64,000 nt of DNA from Laetmonice hystrix (Eukaryota). Where the stretch lies: assembly GCA_965235115.1 (NCBI GenBank), contig OZ249440.1:33668001-33732000 (forward strand). The letters are read 5' to 3'. Shown here in pieces: positions 1 through 13,178 of the stretch (the first letter of the stretch is position 1; every line of letters begins with the position of its first letter). The position numbers and the translations under genes were made by a program. Under the pieces are notes generated by a model that did no database searches, was not told the DNA's origin, and worked only from the letters and a program-made list of their open reading frames with translations.

Positions 1-968
1 CTTGGGCCCCCGGCGGCACCGTGGCTGTCTGCCGGGTAGGATGGGTAGCGTCCCCGTCCTCGCTGTGATCGACCTGGGCCGCGGCTCCTCGCCCGACCCC
101 GAGTGTAGTAGCTAACACTCGCCTGTTGTGATGTCTCTTGTTGCTCGTACATCGTCCTATTCTCCCGTCTCTGCTCATGTATGTGGCATTTCTTGATCGT
201 TTCTGCTAGGGATAAGTCGTCATCCCACAGTCGTTTCCTTAGCTCCTCATTCCTCACTCCGTTCGAGACTTGAATGGCTATCATTCTCTCCTCAATCTCA
301 CCGAAGTCACAATTTTTCGCCAAGTCCTTTAACGCATTTACGTACTCAGCCGCGGTTTCACCAGCGTGCTGACGTCGGTTTTGAAATTTCGAAACGGAAA
401 GTTTCGTAAGTCGCTTCGGCTCGAAGTAGGCTCCGAACTGCCGGACAACCGCGTCGAAATTATCCTTCGTCTCCGGCAACACAAACTCGAAGTGGTTGTA
501 AACTTTGATGTATGTCCGTCCCATCGAACATAATAGTAGTGCGATCTTCGTCCCATCATCGTCGTCAGCCTGTTTCGTTGCCCGCAGGTACAAGTTAAAT
601 TCCTCAAGGAAATCTAGCCAGCTCGTAACTAGACTCTCGGGCTGAGCAACAAACGTCGGTGGCTTCAGCGTGTGCTGCGCCATGCTGCCTGCTGGAGCCA
701 GCGGTCGTCGGCAAAAGGGTCAAAAAATCGGTGCTTTCGCAAGCGTGTCAAGCGTTAAGTTCTGGATAGGTAGACAGCTCGTGCCTTCCTATATGAGTTC
801 CCGTATTTCTGACACCATGTTATGTCTTTATGTTACCCGATGCGGTCTGATTAACCGAGATGACAATAAAATGTCCACTTGCCATGTTACGACCCGGAGT
901 GCTCTGCACATCCGAGTATGCTTTATTTCCATTGGCTACAAGTATGTCACGGTGACCTAGATAGGATA
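1..968 (-). mobile_element. 5' part of an unidentified element (possibly DIRS-like) truncating the L1 ORF1; ORF runs off the window edge
   Basis: GC-rich block ending near 968, where L1 ORF1 coding starts mid-domain. Minus-strand frame MYEQQETSQQASVSYYTRGRARSRGPGRSQRGRGRY... starts near 152 and is open to base 1. No diagnostic domain is visible. Confidence 0.25.
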
Positions 969-974
969 TAACAC

Positions 975-1160
975 CTACCACACCAAAGGCCTTATTATGG
1001 TGGACGATGTCTCTCAACTAACCCAACTGGCAAGGAAAACCCTGGTGCCCAAAATGAAAAAACTGAGAAGTGATGGTCTCCTAGCCCTGATCCCGTTTAC
1101 CAAAACGGCAAAACTAATTTATAAACAGGGAAGTGTATGGCACACCATCTTTCCAGATAA
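975..1160 (+). pseudogene. L1/Tx1 ORF1 C-terminal fragment
   Basis: My translation: KGLIMVDDVSQLTQLARKTLVPKMKKLRSDGLLALIPFTKTAKLIYKQG, which resembles L1-type ORF1 C-termini; lies just upstream of ORF2. Confidence 0.55.
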
Positions 1161-1469
1161 GTAATTGTCTGGATGGTAATATTCCACGGGGTAAATATGA
1201 GGTACCCTCTACCCCCTCGACTCGACCGAAGGAAGGACGCACAAACTAAACAGGATATTTTTGTTATGGATGGAATGCTATCTTCCAATCTGTTTACTTC
1301 TGGTCACGCCTTATTTATTTTTTTTATGTTGGATCCTATTCTTGTTCACTATTGTGTTATCTCTCGTGTATGTTATTGTCTTCTCGTAGTCTTAACTTGT
1401 TTGTCTATCTCCAAACATCTTCTAACCTCAGCCTTATTTTACTATGTAAGCCTAACAGAAAGAAACAAA

Positions 1470-2080
1470 AGGTATATGTGATATAGAAATATATTCTAAC
1501 AATGTCAAGGGATTACAAAGATTCGAAAACCGCAGGAAAATATTTTACAACTTTCAGAAGAAAAAGTGCTCAATTATAATGCTACAGGAAACGCATAGCT
1601 AGCACACAAGAAACAGAAAGTAGGTGGAAATCCGAATGGGGTGGGCAAGCCTTCTTCTCACAAGGGGAGCCAGACTCAAAAGGAGTATGCATATTGATTA
1701 AAAATAACAGATATCGAAATCAAGAAAACTCATACTGATGGAAATGGCAGGTTCCTCATCCTGGAATGTAGGATACAGAACAAAAACTTTTTTATGTAAT
1801 ATTTATGGGCCAAATAAGGACGACCCGAGCTTCTTTATAAATGTCTACTCCATCCTCGACAATAATTCAGACTATCTGATCTGGGGTGGGGATTTCAACT
1901 GTATTTTAGACAACACTAAAGACAAAAGAGGGGGAAGTGTTAAACACAAACATATAAAGAGTCAAGAGTCTCTGAACAATCTGGTTGAAGAATGCGACTT
2001 AGTCGACATTTGGCGACATATATGCATCCTGATGCAGCCAGGTTCACTTACCATCAAAGAAAACCAATGATTGTTTATAC
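1470..2080 (+). pseudogene. L1/Tx1 ORF2 APE endonuclease, N-terminal part (frameshifted)
   Basis: SNNVKGL...IIMLQETHS, NIYGPN, WGGDFNCILD, LVDIWR, FTYHQRKP motifs. Confidence 0.9.
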
Positions 2081-4523
2081 TGGAATAATATTTACGAAAC
2101 TAAGTTAGTTCAAACATCTTACTCTAATTTCCATGAAAAAGTACATTGTGCCTTTGAAACTTCCTTTCCACATGTCAGTGCGAACGTACATTATAAAGAA
2201 AAATTGCCATGGATCAGTGATAACTTAAAGCTACTGATTCGACAGAAAAATACTGCGTATATAAAATCCAAAAATGATCCCACTCTGACTAATGAAAAAA
2301 ACATACAGAAATATAAGAAATTTGCTGAACTATAAACTACGCAAAGAAAAAAGAAATCACTTCCAACATAAACTAAAAAGTTACAAAGATAACCCTAAAC
2401 GATACTGGAGTTATATAAACGAAGAATTACTTGGTAAAACGCAGTATGATAAGTATCCTGATAACTTTATCAACGTTGAAAATGGAACAATTGTAGAGAA
2501 TAACTTTGATATTGCTCACAGCTTTAATAACTTCTTTGTCAATATTGGACCAAATTTAGAAAAGAAAATACCTAATTCTCAGACAAACATCTTAGATTAT
2601 ATGGGGCCTAGAAATAATAGCTCAATTTACCTTGTTCCAACAGACCCTACTGAAGTTATATCTATTTTTCAGTCTCTGAAAAGCGCAGGTGCTGGGTGGG
2701 ATGACCTGAATAAAAATATTCTGCCGAACGTTATACATATACTTGCTGATCCCCTATGCCATATTATTAACTTATGCCTAACTAAAGGAGACTTTCCAAA
2801 TGATCTTAAACGAGCTATTGTGCGACCTTTGTTTAAAGCAGACAACAAGAAATATTTCGGAAACTATAGACCTATCTCGTTACTTCCGACAATTTCAAAA
2901 TTTTTTGAAAAGATTATAACAAAAAGACTCCTAACATTCCTGAAATCACACATTTTGTTTTATCCAGACCAATATGGCTTCAGGGAAAAACACTCTACGG
3001 AACACGCAGTGATATCTCTTATTAATAAACTCACTAAAGCAGCATTAAATAACCAGCATGCCATTGCTATTTTTCTCGATTTCTCAAAAGCGTTTGACAC
3101 CGTAAATTTTGAAATTCTTTTGCAAAAACTGGAACATTATGGAATTAGAGGAATTCCACTTAAATTACTCAAAAACTATCTAAAAAACAGAATCCAACAA
3201 GTAAAATATAAGGATGTAATTTCTCCAAACCTGGATATTACAATGGGTGTACCTCAGGGCTCATATTAACGATCTTCCCAATGTTACCAATTATCTCTCA
3301 GGAATACTTTTTGCTGATGATAGTAACTTTGTACATAGCGACTCGTGTATTACTCAACTTGAACAAATTGTAAATAGCGAACTCTCGCACATATATTCTT
3401 GGCTCTGTGCAAATAAACTAACTATGAATATAAATAAATCTAAATACATGCTCTTCACAAAAAAACCTGTAAATATTGACATTGTCTTAAATGGCAAGTC
3501 ACTTGAACGCGTCACAACAATTAAATTCCTAGGTTATTATCTTGACGAGAATCTCTCATGGAAAACTCATCTTGAATACTTGAAAAATAAAGTTGCTAAA
3601 TCTTTAGGAATTTTAAATAAATTGCGAAACATTGTAAATAAAGCAACGCTTGTAGATATGTACTTTACCTTCCTACACTGCTATTTTAACTCTGGCATAA
3701 TTATTTGGGGTGCTGCCCGAAAAAACAAAATTGACCCTTTAATAAAGTTACAAAAAAAAGCAATAAGAATAATAACTCATTCTAGCTACTATGAACATAC
3801 TTTGCCTCTCTTCACAAAACTAAAAATTCTTCCACTTGAACACCTCTACTACTATAATATTATAGTATTCATGTACAAAATATATAGAGAAATCCTGCCA
3901 GAACCGATGAAAAAACTTTTCCTTCTTCACAATAACTTACCATTGAGAACAACAAGACAGTCTAATTTATTTATAATACCTAATTTCATAAATGAAACAC
4001 ATGAAAGATCAATCTTAATAAGAGGCCCACAAAGTTTTAATCGATTTTACAAAGACAATCAAATTGATTTCACTCTGTCAATTCCCCAGTTTAAATGCTC
4101 TTTGAGATATAAAATGTGTGAAAACATTTGATACTCCCGTTATAAATGTTATTTGTTGCCGATGTAAATTATATTCCATATATTGTATTACTACTATTCT
4201 ATTCTCGAACAAATTTACTGACAGTTATTGAAATAGTGTATTGAACAATATCATATTAATTAACTTACCGTAATAGGCCTATAGACTGTGATGAAACAAT
4301 ACCTCCGAAGCCTTTTTATCTCAATGTTAATGAACTATTAATTATACTTATTATGTACTACTGAGACACACTGATCTTATATTTGCTATATAACTTTTCT
4401 CAATTAAAGATAATTCAGTGAACTTCATAAGCTGACTTATGTTGCTTCCTGTTCACGCATTTATATCCACAATACCTATAATGTATCATCAGTGTATCAA
4501 TAAAGTTATCAATATAAAAAAAA
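2081..4523 (+). mobile_element. 5'-truncated CR1-group LINE (L2/Crack-like) with RT, 3' UTR and poly(A)
   Basis: ORFs 2292-3269 and 3247-4131: YRPISLLPTISKFFEKII, QYGFREKHSTEHA, FLDFSKAFDTV, GVPQGS (followed by a small deletion/frameshift), LFADDSN; AATAAA at ~4499 then A-run. The host L1 frame resumes as RLDLFLIS at ~4524. Confidence 0.88.
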
Positions 4524-7500
4524 AGGTTAGATCTCTTCCTTATATCTTACAGTATGTGTGGTATGGTCAACAAAACCTCTATCATCCCTGGTTACCTTAC
4601 TGACCACTCTATTATAACGCTAAATATTTCAATAATCGATAACCCCAGAGGACCTGGATTTTGGAAATTCAACAAAAGCCTTCTCTACGACCCAGACTAT
4701 GCAGCTATGGTCAAAAACACAATAAAGTCCACCCATAAAAACAATCCAAACACATACCCACAATTACTATGGGACGTAATAAAAGACCAAATCAGAGGAA
4801 ACAGTATAAGATTTTCTAGCCAGAAAAAGAGAGAACGAAACAAAAAACTCCTAGCAGTCCAAGAACAAATTGCAATGCTTGAAGCAAAACTAGACTCCAA
4901 CTGTGATTATGACATGCGAGGTATATTGAAGGAGTTGACACAGGAAAGAGATACAATTCTGGAGGAAAGAAAAAAAGGTGTCATCACCAGATGTAAAGTA
5001 CGGTGGTATGAGGAAGGAGAAAAATCTAACAAATACTTCCTGAATATTGAAAAAAAGAACTATAACAACAAAGTTATCAACAAGCTGAAATTAAATGATG
5101 GTAGAATAATAACAGAGAAAGAACTTATTTTGAAGGAAGAAAAAAGATTCTACCAAAGGCTATACAAAAGCAAAACTACTACAGATGACTCTTATCACCA
5201 AACGTGCAATAAATTTTTTAAAAGAGTCCAAAACGAAAATAATAAATTATCCTAGGAACAAAAGGACGATATTAGTGGGATTATAACTGCAACTGAACTT
5301 GTAACGGCACTTAAAACAACAAAGAACGACAAATCTCCTGGTAGTGACGGCTACACTGCAGAATTCTATAAATTCTTTTGGTTAGACATCAAAGACCTCC
5401 TCTTAGACTGCATAAATTATGGCTTCCAATGTGGACAATTATCAATAACACAAAAGCATGGTATTATTACCCTCATCCCCAAAAAGGATAAAGAAAGTGT
5501 CTTATTAAACAATTGGATGCCTATTTCGCTACTAAATCAAGACTATAAACTAATCGCCAAATGCATAGCATCTAGAATAAAAAGATTCCTCCCGCAGTTA
5601 ATACATACTGACCAAACTGGCTTTATGAAAAGCCGATACATTGGTGAAAATATTAACAGAATATTAAACCTAATGGATCTTGCTGAAGAAGAACATATAA
5701 GTGCGGCTATAGTTCTTGTTGACTTTGAAAAGGCTTTTGACTCACTTGAATGGAGCTTTCTAGAAAAAGCCCTAAACTACTTCAATCTGGGTCTAGATAT
5801 GGTACCATGGATAAAGACACTATACAAAAACATAAACAGCTGCGTAATTAACAATGGGTGGCAGCTAAAATACTAGCAATCAACGTAAGAAATAACAAAG
5901 AAATAAAGGGCATTAAAACGCAAAACCAAACTCATGTAATCTCCCAATTTGCAGACGATACAGCACTCCCTCTCCTCTTTTCAAGCGACAATTTAAATAA
6001 CGTATTTACCCGATTTGACAATTTTGAAAGCATCTCTGGTTTAAAGGTAAATTATGAAAAAACCGAGATATTTCCAATAGGTAAGATAGCAAATCAAACC
6101 ACCTCACTATATAACAGCAGGCCAGTAAAATGGTCCTGCAAGGGTGTAAAACTGCTTGGAGTCTACATCACACATGACAAAAAAGCTTCAATAGAATTAA
6201 ATTTTTATCCAGTTAAACAAAAATGGAGAATCACATAAAAGTATGGAGAATGAGGAACCTTTCACTGTATGGTAAAACTACAATCATCAAAACACTATTA
6301 CAATCTCAGGTTATATACCTCTTGTCAGTACTACCTTCCTCAAATACCGCGTTCCTAAACGAACTAGAAAGTTTAATGTTCAGATTTCTGTGGAATGGAA
6401 AACCTGATAAAATAAAAAGAACCCACCTCTACAGAAACAAACGAAATGGAGGTCTTGGAATGCCAAACATCCCTCTGCAAAACAAGGCCTTGAAAATAGC
6501 ATGGGCAGACCTGGTTTGGCAACAAATACCGGGTGGCTCTGCCTACTTCGAGTGCAATTTGTGTGAGAAAGACACTAGAACACTAACGAGTAAAATTAAG
6601 AACATATTATGGAAGGAAGTTCTGTCATATTGGGCACAATTTACTAAATCCGTCCCTGACATTTTAGACCAAAGCTTGTGGTTTAATAGCAATATCAAAA
6701 TACATAACACTATAATTTTTTGGAAAAGCTGGTATGATAGGAATATCATAAAAATAAATGACATCACACAGGAAAATGGTAAAATCATGGATGCCAAACA
6801 ATTAAAAAACAAATATAACATTATCATAAATTTCCTCAACTTACTCAGTATGAATAGAGCTATACCTCAGACATGGAAGGATACTGTAACCTCAAACACG
6901 CAGGAAGGCCAAGTCACAAATGTTAAGCCCGATAAGCACATCTCAAACAAAAGGAATATCAGCAGCAGAAGTGTACCCTGTTATCTACTATGCCGCAAAG
7001 TACCTGTTTCGCCGACTTAAGCATCAGGTGGTCGAAAGATATATGCAACTATGCTATAGACCAAAACTACATCGAAGACTGCTTCAAAAAAGTATATGCA
7101 GCTACAATATCCACCTATATTAGAAATTTTCAGTTTAAACTTTTACACAGGGCAACACAATTAAACCCCAGACTATACAAATGGGGAATTGTGGACAGCA
7201 ACAAATGGTCTCTCTGCTCAAGGGAAGAGGAATCTTACACTCACTTATTTATAAACTGTGAATATGTGAAGCCATTCTGGTCTATGGTCTTCAACAAAGT
7301 GCACGAAAGGTGGGGCACATACAGCCACTTTAACGAACTTGAAATAATTCTGGGCACTCCAATGCAAGTTGAACCAATTTTCGACCTCATAATTATGGTG
7401 GCAAAAATGCATATTAGTCAGTGTCAATATAGAAAAACTAAACCTAATATACAGGTGTTCCTCAACAGACTGGAAAATGTTCAAACGATTGAACACAATA

Positions 7501-7574
7501 TAGCCTTAAAACATAATAAATTAGATATCCACACGAAGAAGTGGAAGTTACATGTTGACCACAGTCTCCCTTGA
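4524..7574 (+). pseudogene. L1/Tx1 ORF2 remainder (end of endonuclease, RT, zinc-binding C-terminus), with stops, frameshifts and deletions
   Basis: TDHSII, RGPGFWKFN, WYEEGEKSNKYF, PISLLNQDYKL, DFEKAFDSLEW, QFADDT, FLWNGKPDKIKR, SLC..EES..HLF..C. Confidence 0.92.
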
Positions 7575-8207
7575 CTTTTGTACGCTCGTACTAACGCATT
7601 TGATAATACTGTACCATTGTTACTACTAGAATTACACATACTCTGTAACCGCAAAAGGCTGAAATAAAGATTATTTAAAAAAAATTCCTTTCACACATTA
7701 TGTCAAAGATGGCTGCCAAAAGGTGCTATAACTTCTCAACCAATTCTAAATATAGGTTTTTGGGCATGAGAAATCCAATGGAGTAAGAAAATTCAGGATT
7801 GGACCACTCTTTTATGACGCCAACACCACTGTCGTAACCTAAAAAAAACGTGAAAGCTACAAAACCAACTGTTAAAAGATGACTCTAGATTGTTTTTTAA
7901 TTCCACATTTTACGTGTGCAGTTTCTTTTTCAGGCCAGAATATTAATATTATGCTTAATCAGTAATATCTATCTCCAAATTTGCCAAATTTTTGTGGCAA
8001 CCTTCAACACCTTTACAGGCACAAAAGAGTGTGCAAGCGAAGCCACTCGACACACAAGTGCATTTTCTTGACTTACACGGCCTGGTTGCACTCGTGCAGC
8101 TGCACTTAAATCAGATGAAGCAGCTCATTGGGCGCAAGGAGGGTGCCCTGTGGTATGACAGCGGCGGTACAGCGGCGGATACCAGGTGTATGTCATTTGA
8201 TTTACAG

Positions 8208-8651
8208 GTGTTGGAGAATGCAGCTGCATTTGAGCTTGACGACAAAGTCATACATTCATACAGAAATCCTCCCATCCTGTCCATACCGGACATCCAAACT
8301 AGTCCTGCAAAGAGAAGGGTTTCAGTGGCTGGAACCATTTCAAAGGTAATCATAATTTCTAAATCTGTACAACTTTAAAATCATCAACCTGTTATACATA
8401 AATTGTCTCAGACAGCCATATTTCCACTTTAATAATTAGGTATTGTTGATATTTCAGACATATCCACTTCAGGATGGTGGGAAGGCTTGTCCTAAAAGAT
8501 GATGAGTTGTGAAATTGACGTACGTTTATGGGGCAAGCTTGTGGAAGATTCAGATGTCAAAGAAACTGAGGATGTGACAATCACCGCTGCAGAAGTGAAT
8601 GTATGGAACAATCTGGTATCTCTAAATACAACTGACAACACAACACTGGAG
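8208..8651 (+). pseudogene. Two exons of an OB-fold (RPA/SSB-like) protein, second exon frameshifted
   Basis: tttacAG|8208-8345|GTaatc (46 codons, ...LSIPDIQTSPAKRRVSVAGTISK) and tttcAG|8458-8651|GTatgt (EIDVRLWGKLV...VTITAAEVNVWNNLVSLNTTDNTTLE); pattern typical of OB-fold beta strands. Confidence 0.55.
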
Positions 8652-11368
8652 GTATGTTTTGACAATCAGAAAATTGGATATATCAGGCGTTCCAATTGTC
8701 CAATTGCCTAGGACAGTCAAACAAGGATAAAAGTTTTCAAGAAATTAGCTAAAATACCAAAGTTTGAACCTCCCCCCCCCCAAAAAAAAAAACAAAAAAA
8801 CTGCACATATTATAATAAGAGACCAGACTCCGCCAAATCAACTGACCGAACGCCCAAAACAACCAAAGAATTACGGTACTCTCGGAAACTGAAATTAACA
8901 CAGCAGTTGCCACTTGGGCAACTAAAACAATGCCTTTATAGGCCTACGTGGTATAGATATATACATGACTAGTAGCACAATTGCAAAATATGCTCCAAAC
9001 CAACATTTTGTATTTCCACACTGCAAGTGCAGTATAGACCACTGCCACTGGCTCGCATCTAACCTATGCTCATCTTGGCAGACACAAAATAAGTAGAATG
9101 AGTTGCTATTAGTGCAGACTTAAACATTTTTTTAGTCTTCTTATTTTCATAATTTTTAAACATTTTCTGGACAACCATGTTTAGCTCTTGTGCAACCACT
9201 TTTGATCTTTTAGTTGCCCGATGGCCAACCACATTTCTGGCCAATTTCAAAGATCCTCACAGACGTAGACCTAACGCTAAGTATTGCCCTGTGATAGCCC
9301 GTTTTATTTCTTTATCAAATCGAAGAATATCATCTACCTGCCAAAGTTTGTTTATAGATGAGAGATAATTAGCTTGCTCAAACCACTTAACAAACCGCAG
9401 TGGATTGCATTCAAACTGTCTTGAAACTGGGGGGTGGGGGGTGGAAGCCAAGATGGACAGCAGTGCCCAGGGTCGGCGGTGTGGACGTCCCACTCTCATT
9501 TTGAACTCTCAATTTCTCCCCCCCCCCACCCATTCCATTGTTGGATTGGAATAAAACAAGACTGCATGCCAGTGTAAGCGAAAAGTCGTCAGACCGTGGG
9601 ACTTCATTATTGACATAAATCAGTAATGTCTGGTACCGTACACGTGTTCCATTTTAACAGAGGCCAATTTGTCCTCCGTGGCTGCTGACCAGGGAAGACT
9701 GGCAGGGGGGCGGTAGGCAGGGACAGCTACGTGGGGAAACTAGTCAGGCAGAATTTTCGAAAACCCCTTGATGTTTGTTAAAGTTTTTTCTCACTTGATT
9801 CTGGTCCCTCGGGGCACCAAAAATAATTTTTTGCTGGATGTGTTGTTCCCACCCTTGAGCATTCCGAGAATTCCAAGATGGCCACCACAGTGGGGCCCGA
9901 GAGAGAAAAAGTCTTATAACTTCTCAACCAAATGACTTAAGAAGCTGATTTTGGTGTCTAAGTATAGGTTTTTGGGGGCAGGGAATCCAATGGAAAAAGA
10001 AAATTTCAAAAGCAGTATTCCTTTAACACATATATGGTCGATTCTCACGAAACTTGAGCTAATACGTGAAAAATCATTTAAACATGAGTAACTTATTATA
10101 CAAGTGTCATATTGACACAGTGTGTTGCTTATCGCAAGCAGAAAATAGTTGTTTATTAGTGGGTGGCGGGCAAAATAAAAAAAAATTGACAAAAACTTTT
10201 TTTCAATTTTTTTTTGTGAATAAAACTTAATGGAATACCATACGAAAGTCTTTTTTAAAGTCACTATGGTTTCATTAAAAAAATTCAATTCAGCAAGTTT
10301 AACAAGGCTGTTGTGAAGAGAAACCTGTTGTCTACCAAATTATGAATTTTAAACAGTTAAAAATTTTGCCATATTCCTTACGGAGTAGTATCATTGAACA
10401 AACTCCCAAAATGGTCCAAATTTGTCAATACCCTACGAATAACATTTAACCCAAAATAACTTCCACACTTGTAGGTATTAGTGAAAGATGTGTGAAGGGA
10501 ATTTAGTATATAGATAGGGGTACACCAAAGATCCATTTACTCTGATTAATCCTCCCCACCTGTACAGCCTTTCGAACGTCCTTATAATACCATACGAAAT
10601 TGATACCCTACGAAAGTCAAAACTTTAGACAGGAAAAAATATTGTACTGACAGCTCCATGTCGTAACGTCACAAATCTGCCACAACGGTACATTGTCTGC
10701 TGCACCAATTATCACAACAGAAGTTAAGTAAATCAGTATTTTCTTCAAATCTCTGAGCATAAATATATATTAACATTAAGAATATATTATACTGGAACTG
10801 TGGAACCCCTCTAGATCGCAAACACAGGTATATTGGACATATGTTACAGAGAAATTGAAGCTGGTGCTTCAAGGACAAATCAAACGTGGCATGGGTGATA
10901 ATAGCAAGGATTATATGAGATCTTTCCAGCCTGTTTTGGGTCTGCTTTCGTAGGGTATCTTTCAGAATGTCTTTCGTAGGGTATTATTTTACGATTAGTT
11001 GCTGATTCTCACTTTATTTTTGTTTCTTTTTCAATGAAATTGCCTGTGTACATCTAGTGTTATATGACATTTTATCATTTTATCCTCCAGAGAACTTAGC
11101 CAAAATATATTGATAAAGTTTTGTCTTAGTTAATTCTTACATTTCTCAGGTTACACATGAAAGCAATCTGTAACTATGGTTCTTACAATAATTTTTACTT
11201 AAATTATAATTTAACACATGTGTCTTATAACGTGGGACCCCTTTTTACTGGAAATAATTTCAATCGAACTCTAGGTTGTCAGTTATGCATGGTTTCAATG
11301 AATTTCGTATGGTATCAGTTTTTTGGTATAGCCTCGAAATCCAGTCATTCAAGTTACCTATACTTACT

Positions 11369-11440
11369 CCCCCGTGGGGACCGGGGTAAGAATGTTCCCC
11401 AGCCCCCCTGGCTGTTCGTAAGAGGCGAATAAATGGGGCG
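11369..11440 (+). ncRNA. Candidate pseudoknotted RNA at the Nimb LINE 5' end
   Basis: Helices CCCCGU/AUGGGG, GGGGA/UCCCC, GGGGU/GCCCC (crossing) and GUUCGU/GCGAAU; the second copy has CCCCAU, which keeps pairing. Confidence 0.5.
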
Positions 11441-11882
11441 ACTTGTTTGCCGTGAGTCGCGACCCGTGTCGGTGGAGGAAGAGGTCCTGGTACCTGAGGA
11501 CGGTGAATTGCTGCGGCTTTTCACAGGTCCAACACGGTGCTTTGGCTCCTACTTCACCTAGACGGGAGGTTGGAGAGGCCCGATCCAATCAATCGGCTGG
11601 TCATGCCTTGCCCTAGGATTTTTTGTATTGAGTACCCTTTACAGTGGATTTAATTCTCTTATACAATAGGCAACATCTATCGTAACTATTTCTTCTTTAT
11701 TCCTAGAAGGCGGTGGCTTAGGGTCAATCAAGTAATGGCGACACCCTCTTTCGTTCCATTGCTTGAGTATACCAACCCTATATCCTTGGTTTGCAACTGC
11801 TGGTTACCGCAGCTCTGCACTTCCCCTTGTTGGGCTCCGTGGAGGGTGGGGAATAAGGTTGGTGAAACACTCTAACACAAAC

Positions 11883-13178
11883 ATGGCATCAAACAATCCC
11901 CCAAAAAGAAAACTACTGAAACTAACGGACTCTGACTCGGACCGGTCTATGGAGAATGAACACTTGACGGAATGGCCTCGTTTCATCATTGTTGAATCGG
12001 CAGAAGCTGAACGACCAATATCTAAGCTATCCCCTTTTGCCATACATAAAGGCATATTGGGGATAGCTGGAACAGTCAAAGATTGTAAACGTTTGAGGTC
12101 TGGCCAACTGTTGGTGGAGTGTGCCACGAAGGCCCAATCTGCAAACCTGCTGAGTGCCACAGTACTCGCAGGTTACAGTATTAAGGCCTCTCGTCACCGG
12201 ACGCTCAACTCCAGCAAGGGTGTTATAAGAACAAACTCTCTTGACACTACAACTGAACAGGAGATCCTTGCTGGGTTGAGTTGGCAAGGTGTGTCGGAAG
12301 TCAGAAGATTGATAGTGAAACGAGATGGTAACACCATCAAGACACACACATATTTTCTGACATTCGACAGGCCCACTCTACCAGATGAACTTGAGGTTGG
12401 CTTTCTAAAGGTAAAAGTTGATCCCTACATCCTGAATCCTATGCGTTGCTTTAAGTGCCAGAGGTTTGGGCATGGGACCGACTCATGTAGAAATGAACAA
12501 AAATGTTCGCAGTGCGCTGAAACAGGCCATGACCATACTGGCTGTGAAAAACCTGCCAAATGCGCCAACTGTGGTCAGGGTCATTCCACTGTTTCACGCG
12601 AATGTTCCGTGTGGAAGAAGGAGAAGGAAATCCTAAAGGTTAAGACAGAAAGAAAACTTAGTTTCCCTGAGGCACGAAAGTTGGTGGAGCAACATATGCT
12701 TCCACCAACAGTTAAAACCTATGCTGCCGCTGTTAAGCCTACCACACGGACTTTCGCTTGTCAAACGGAGATGGTGTGGGTCACGGGGGATAAACCTGTG
12801 ACCTACCCTGATCCCGCTGACAGCACAAATGAACCACCTAAGAAAGCCGTCTCGAGTCAGCCACCTAAAAAAGCCACCTCAACACAGAGTCAGACAACCT
12901 CGGTTCCTCCTCCACAGGCCGGGCCGAGTAATAAAGAACCAACTCCAAAAACTGATCAACCGAGTACAAAAGAGCCATCTACCAAAAAACATCAACAAAA
13001 AAAGAAAATAATAACAGATCGGCTGCCCAAGGCAGCCTCCAACAATAGTGCAATAGCACTTACAAACAAATTTCAACATCTTCAAGATGTTGAAATGGCT
13101 GATGCTACGCCTTGTCGTAGTCGCAGCCTTTCCCCCAAAATAAAGTTTAGGGGGCGTTTGCCTGTTAAACCACCTTGA
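11883..13178 (+). CDS. Nimb/I-group ORF1 (gag-like, CCHC zinc knuckles)
   Basis: First ATG MASNNPPKRK; KLSPFAI, LRSGQLLVE, NSSKGVI, PMRCFKCQRFGH, CSQCAETGH, CANCGQGH; stop overlaps the ORF2 ATG (TGATG). Confidence 0.9.
   Translation: MASNNPPKRKLLKLTDSDSDRSMENEHLTEWPRFIIVESAEAERPISKLSPFAIHKGILGIAGTVKDCKRLRSGQLLVECATKAQSANLLSATVLAGYSIKASRHRTLNSSKGVIRTNSLDTTTEQEILAGLSWQGVSEVRRLIVKRDGNTIKTHTYFLTFDRPTLPDELEVGFLKVKVDPYILNPMRCFKCQRFGHGTDSCRNEQKCSQCAETGHDHTGCEKPAKCANCGQGHSTVSRECSVWKKEKEILKVKTERKLSFPEARKLVEQHMLPPTVKTYAAAVKPTTRTFACQTEMVWVTGDKPVTYPDPADSTNEPPKKAVSSQPPKKATSTQSQTTSVPPPQAGPSNKEPTPKTDQPSTKEPSTKKHQQKKKIITDRLPKAASNNSAIALTNKFQHLQDVEMADATPCRSRSLSPKIKFRGRLPVKPP

Larger units (their letters stand above)
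975..7684 (+). mobile_element. Decayed L1/Tx1-clade LINE, interrupted by a CR1-group LINE at ~2081-4523
   Basis: ORF1 C-terminus, APE endonuclease, RT and C-terminal zinc motif occur in order; AATAAA plus A-tail at ~7663-7684. Confidence 0.9.

Noticed and set aside
9059..9499. Assignable transposase or recombinase fragment
   Set aside because: Looks coding but is interrupted by stops and has no motif I can name with confidence.
11369..11440. Canonical HDV-like or hammerhead ribozyme
   Set aside because: Helix order does not fit the HDV nested double pseudoknot and there is no CUGANGA/GAAA core; kept only as an unclassified candidate.
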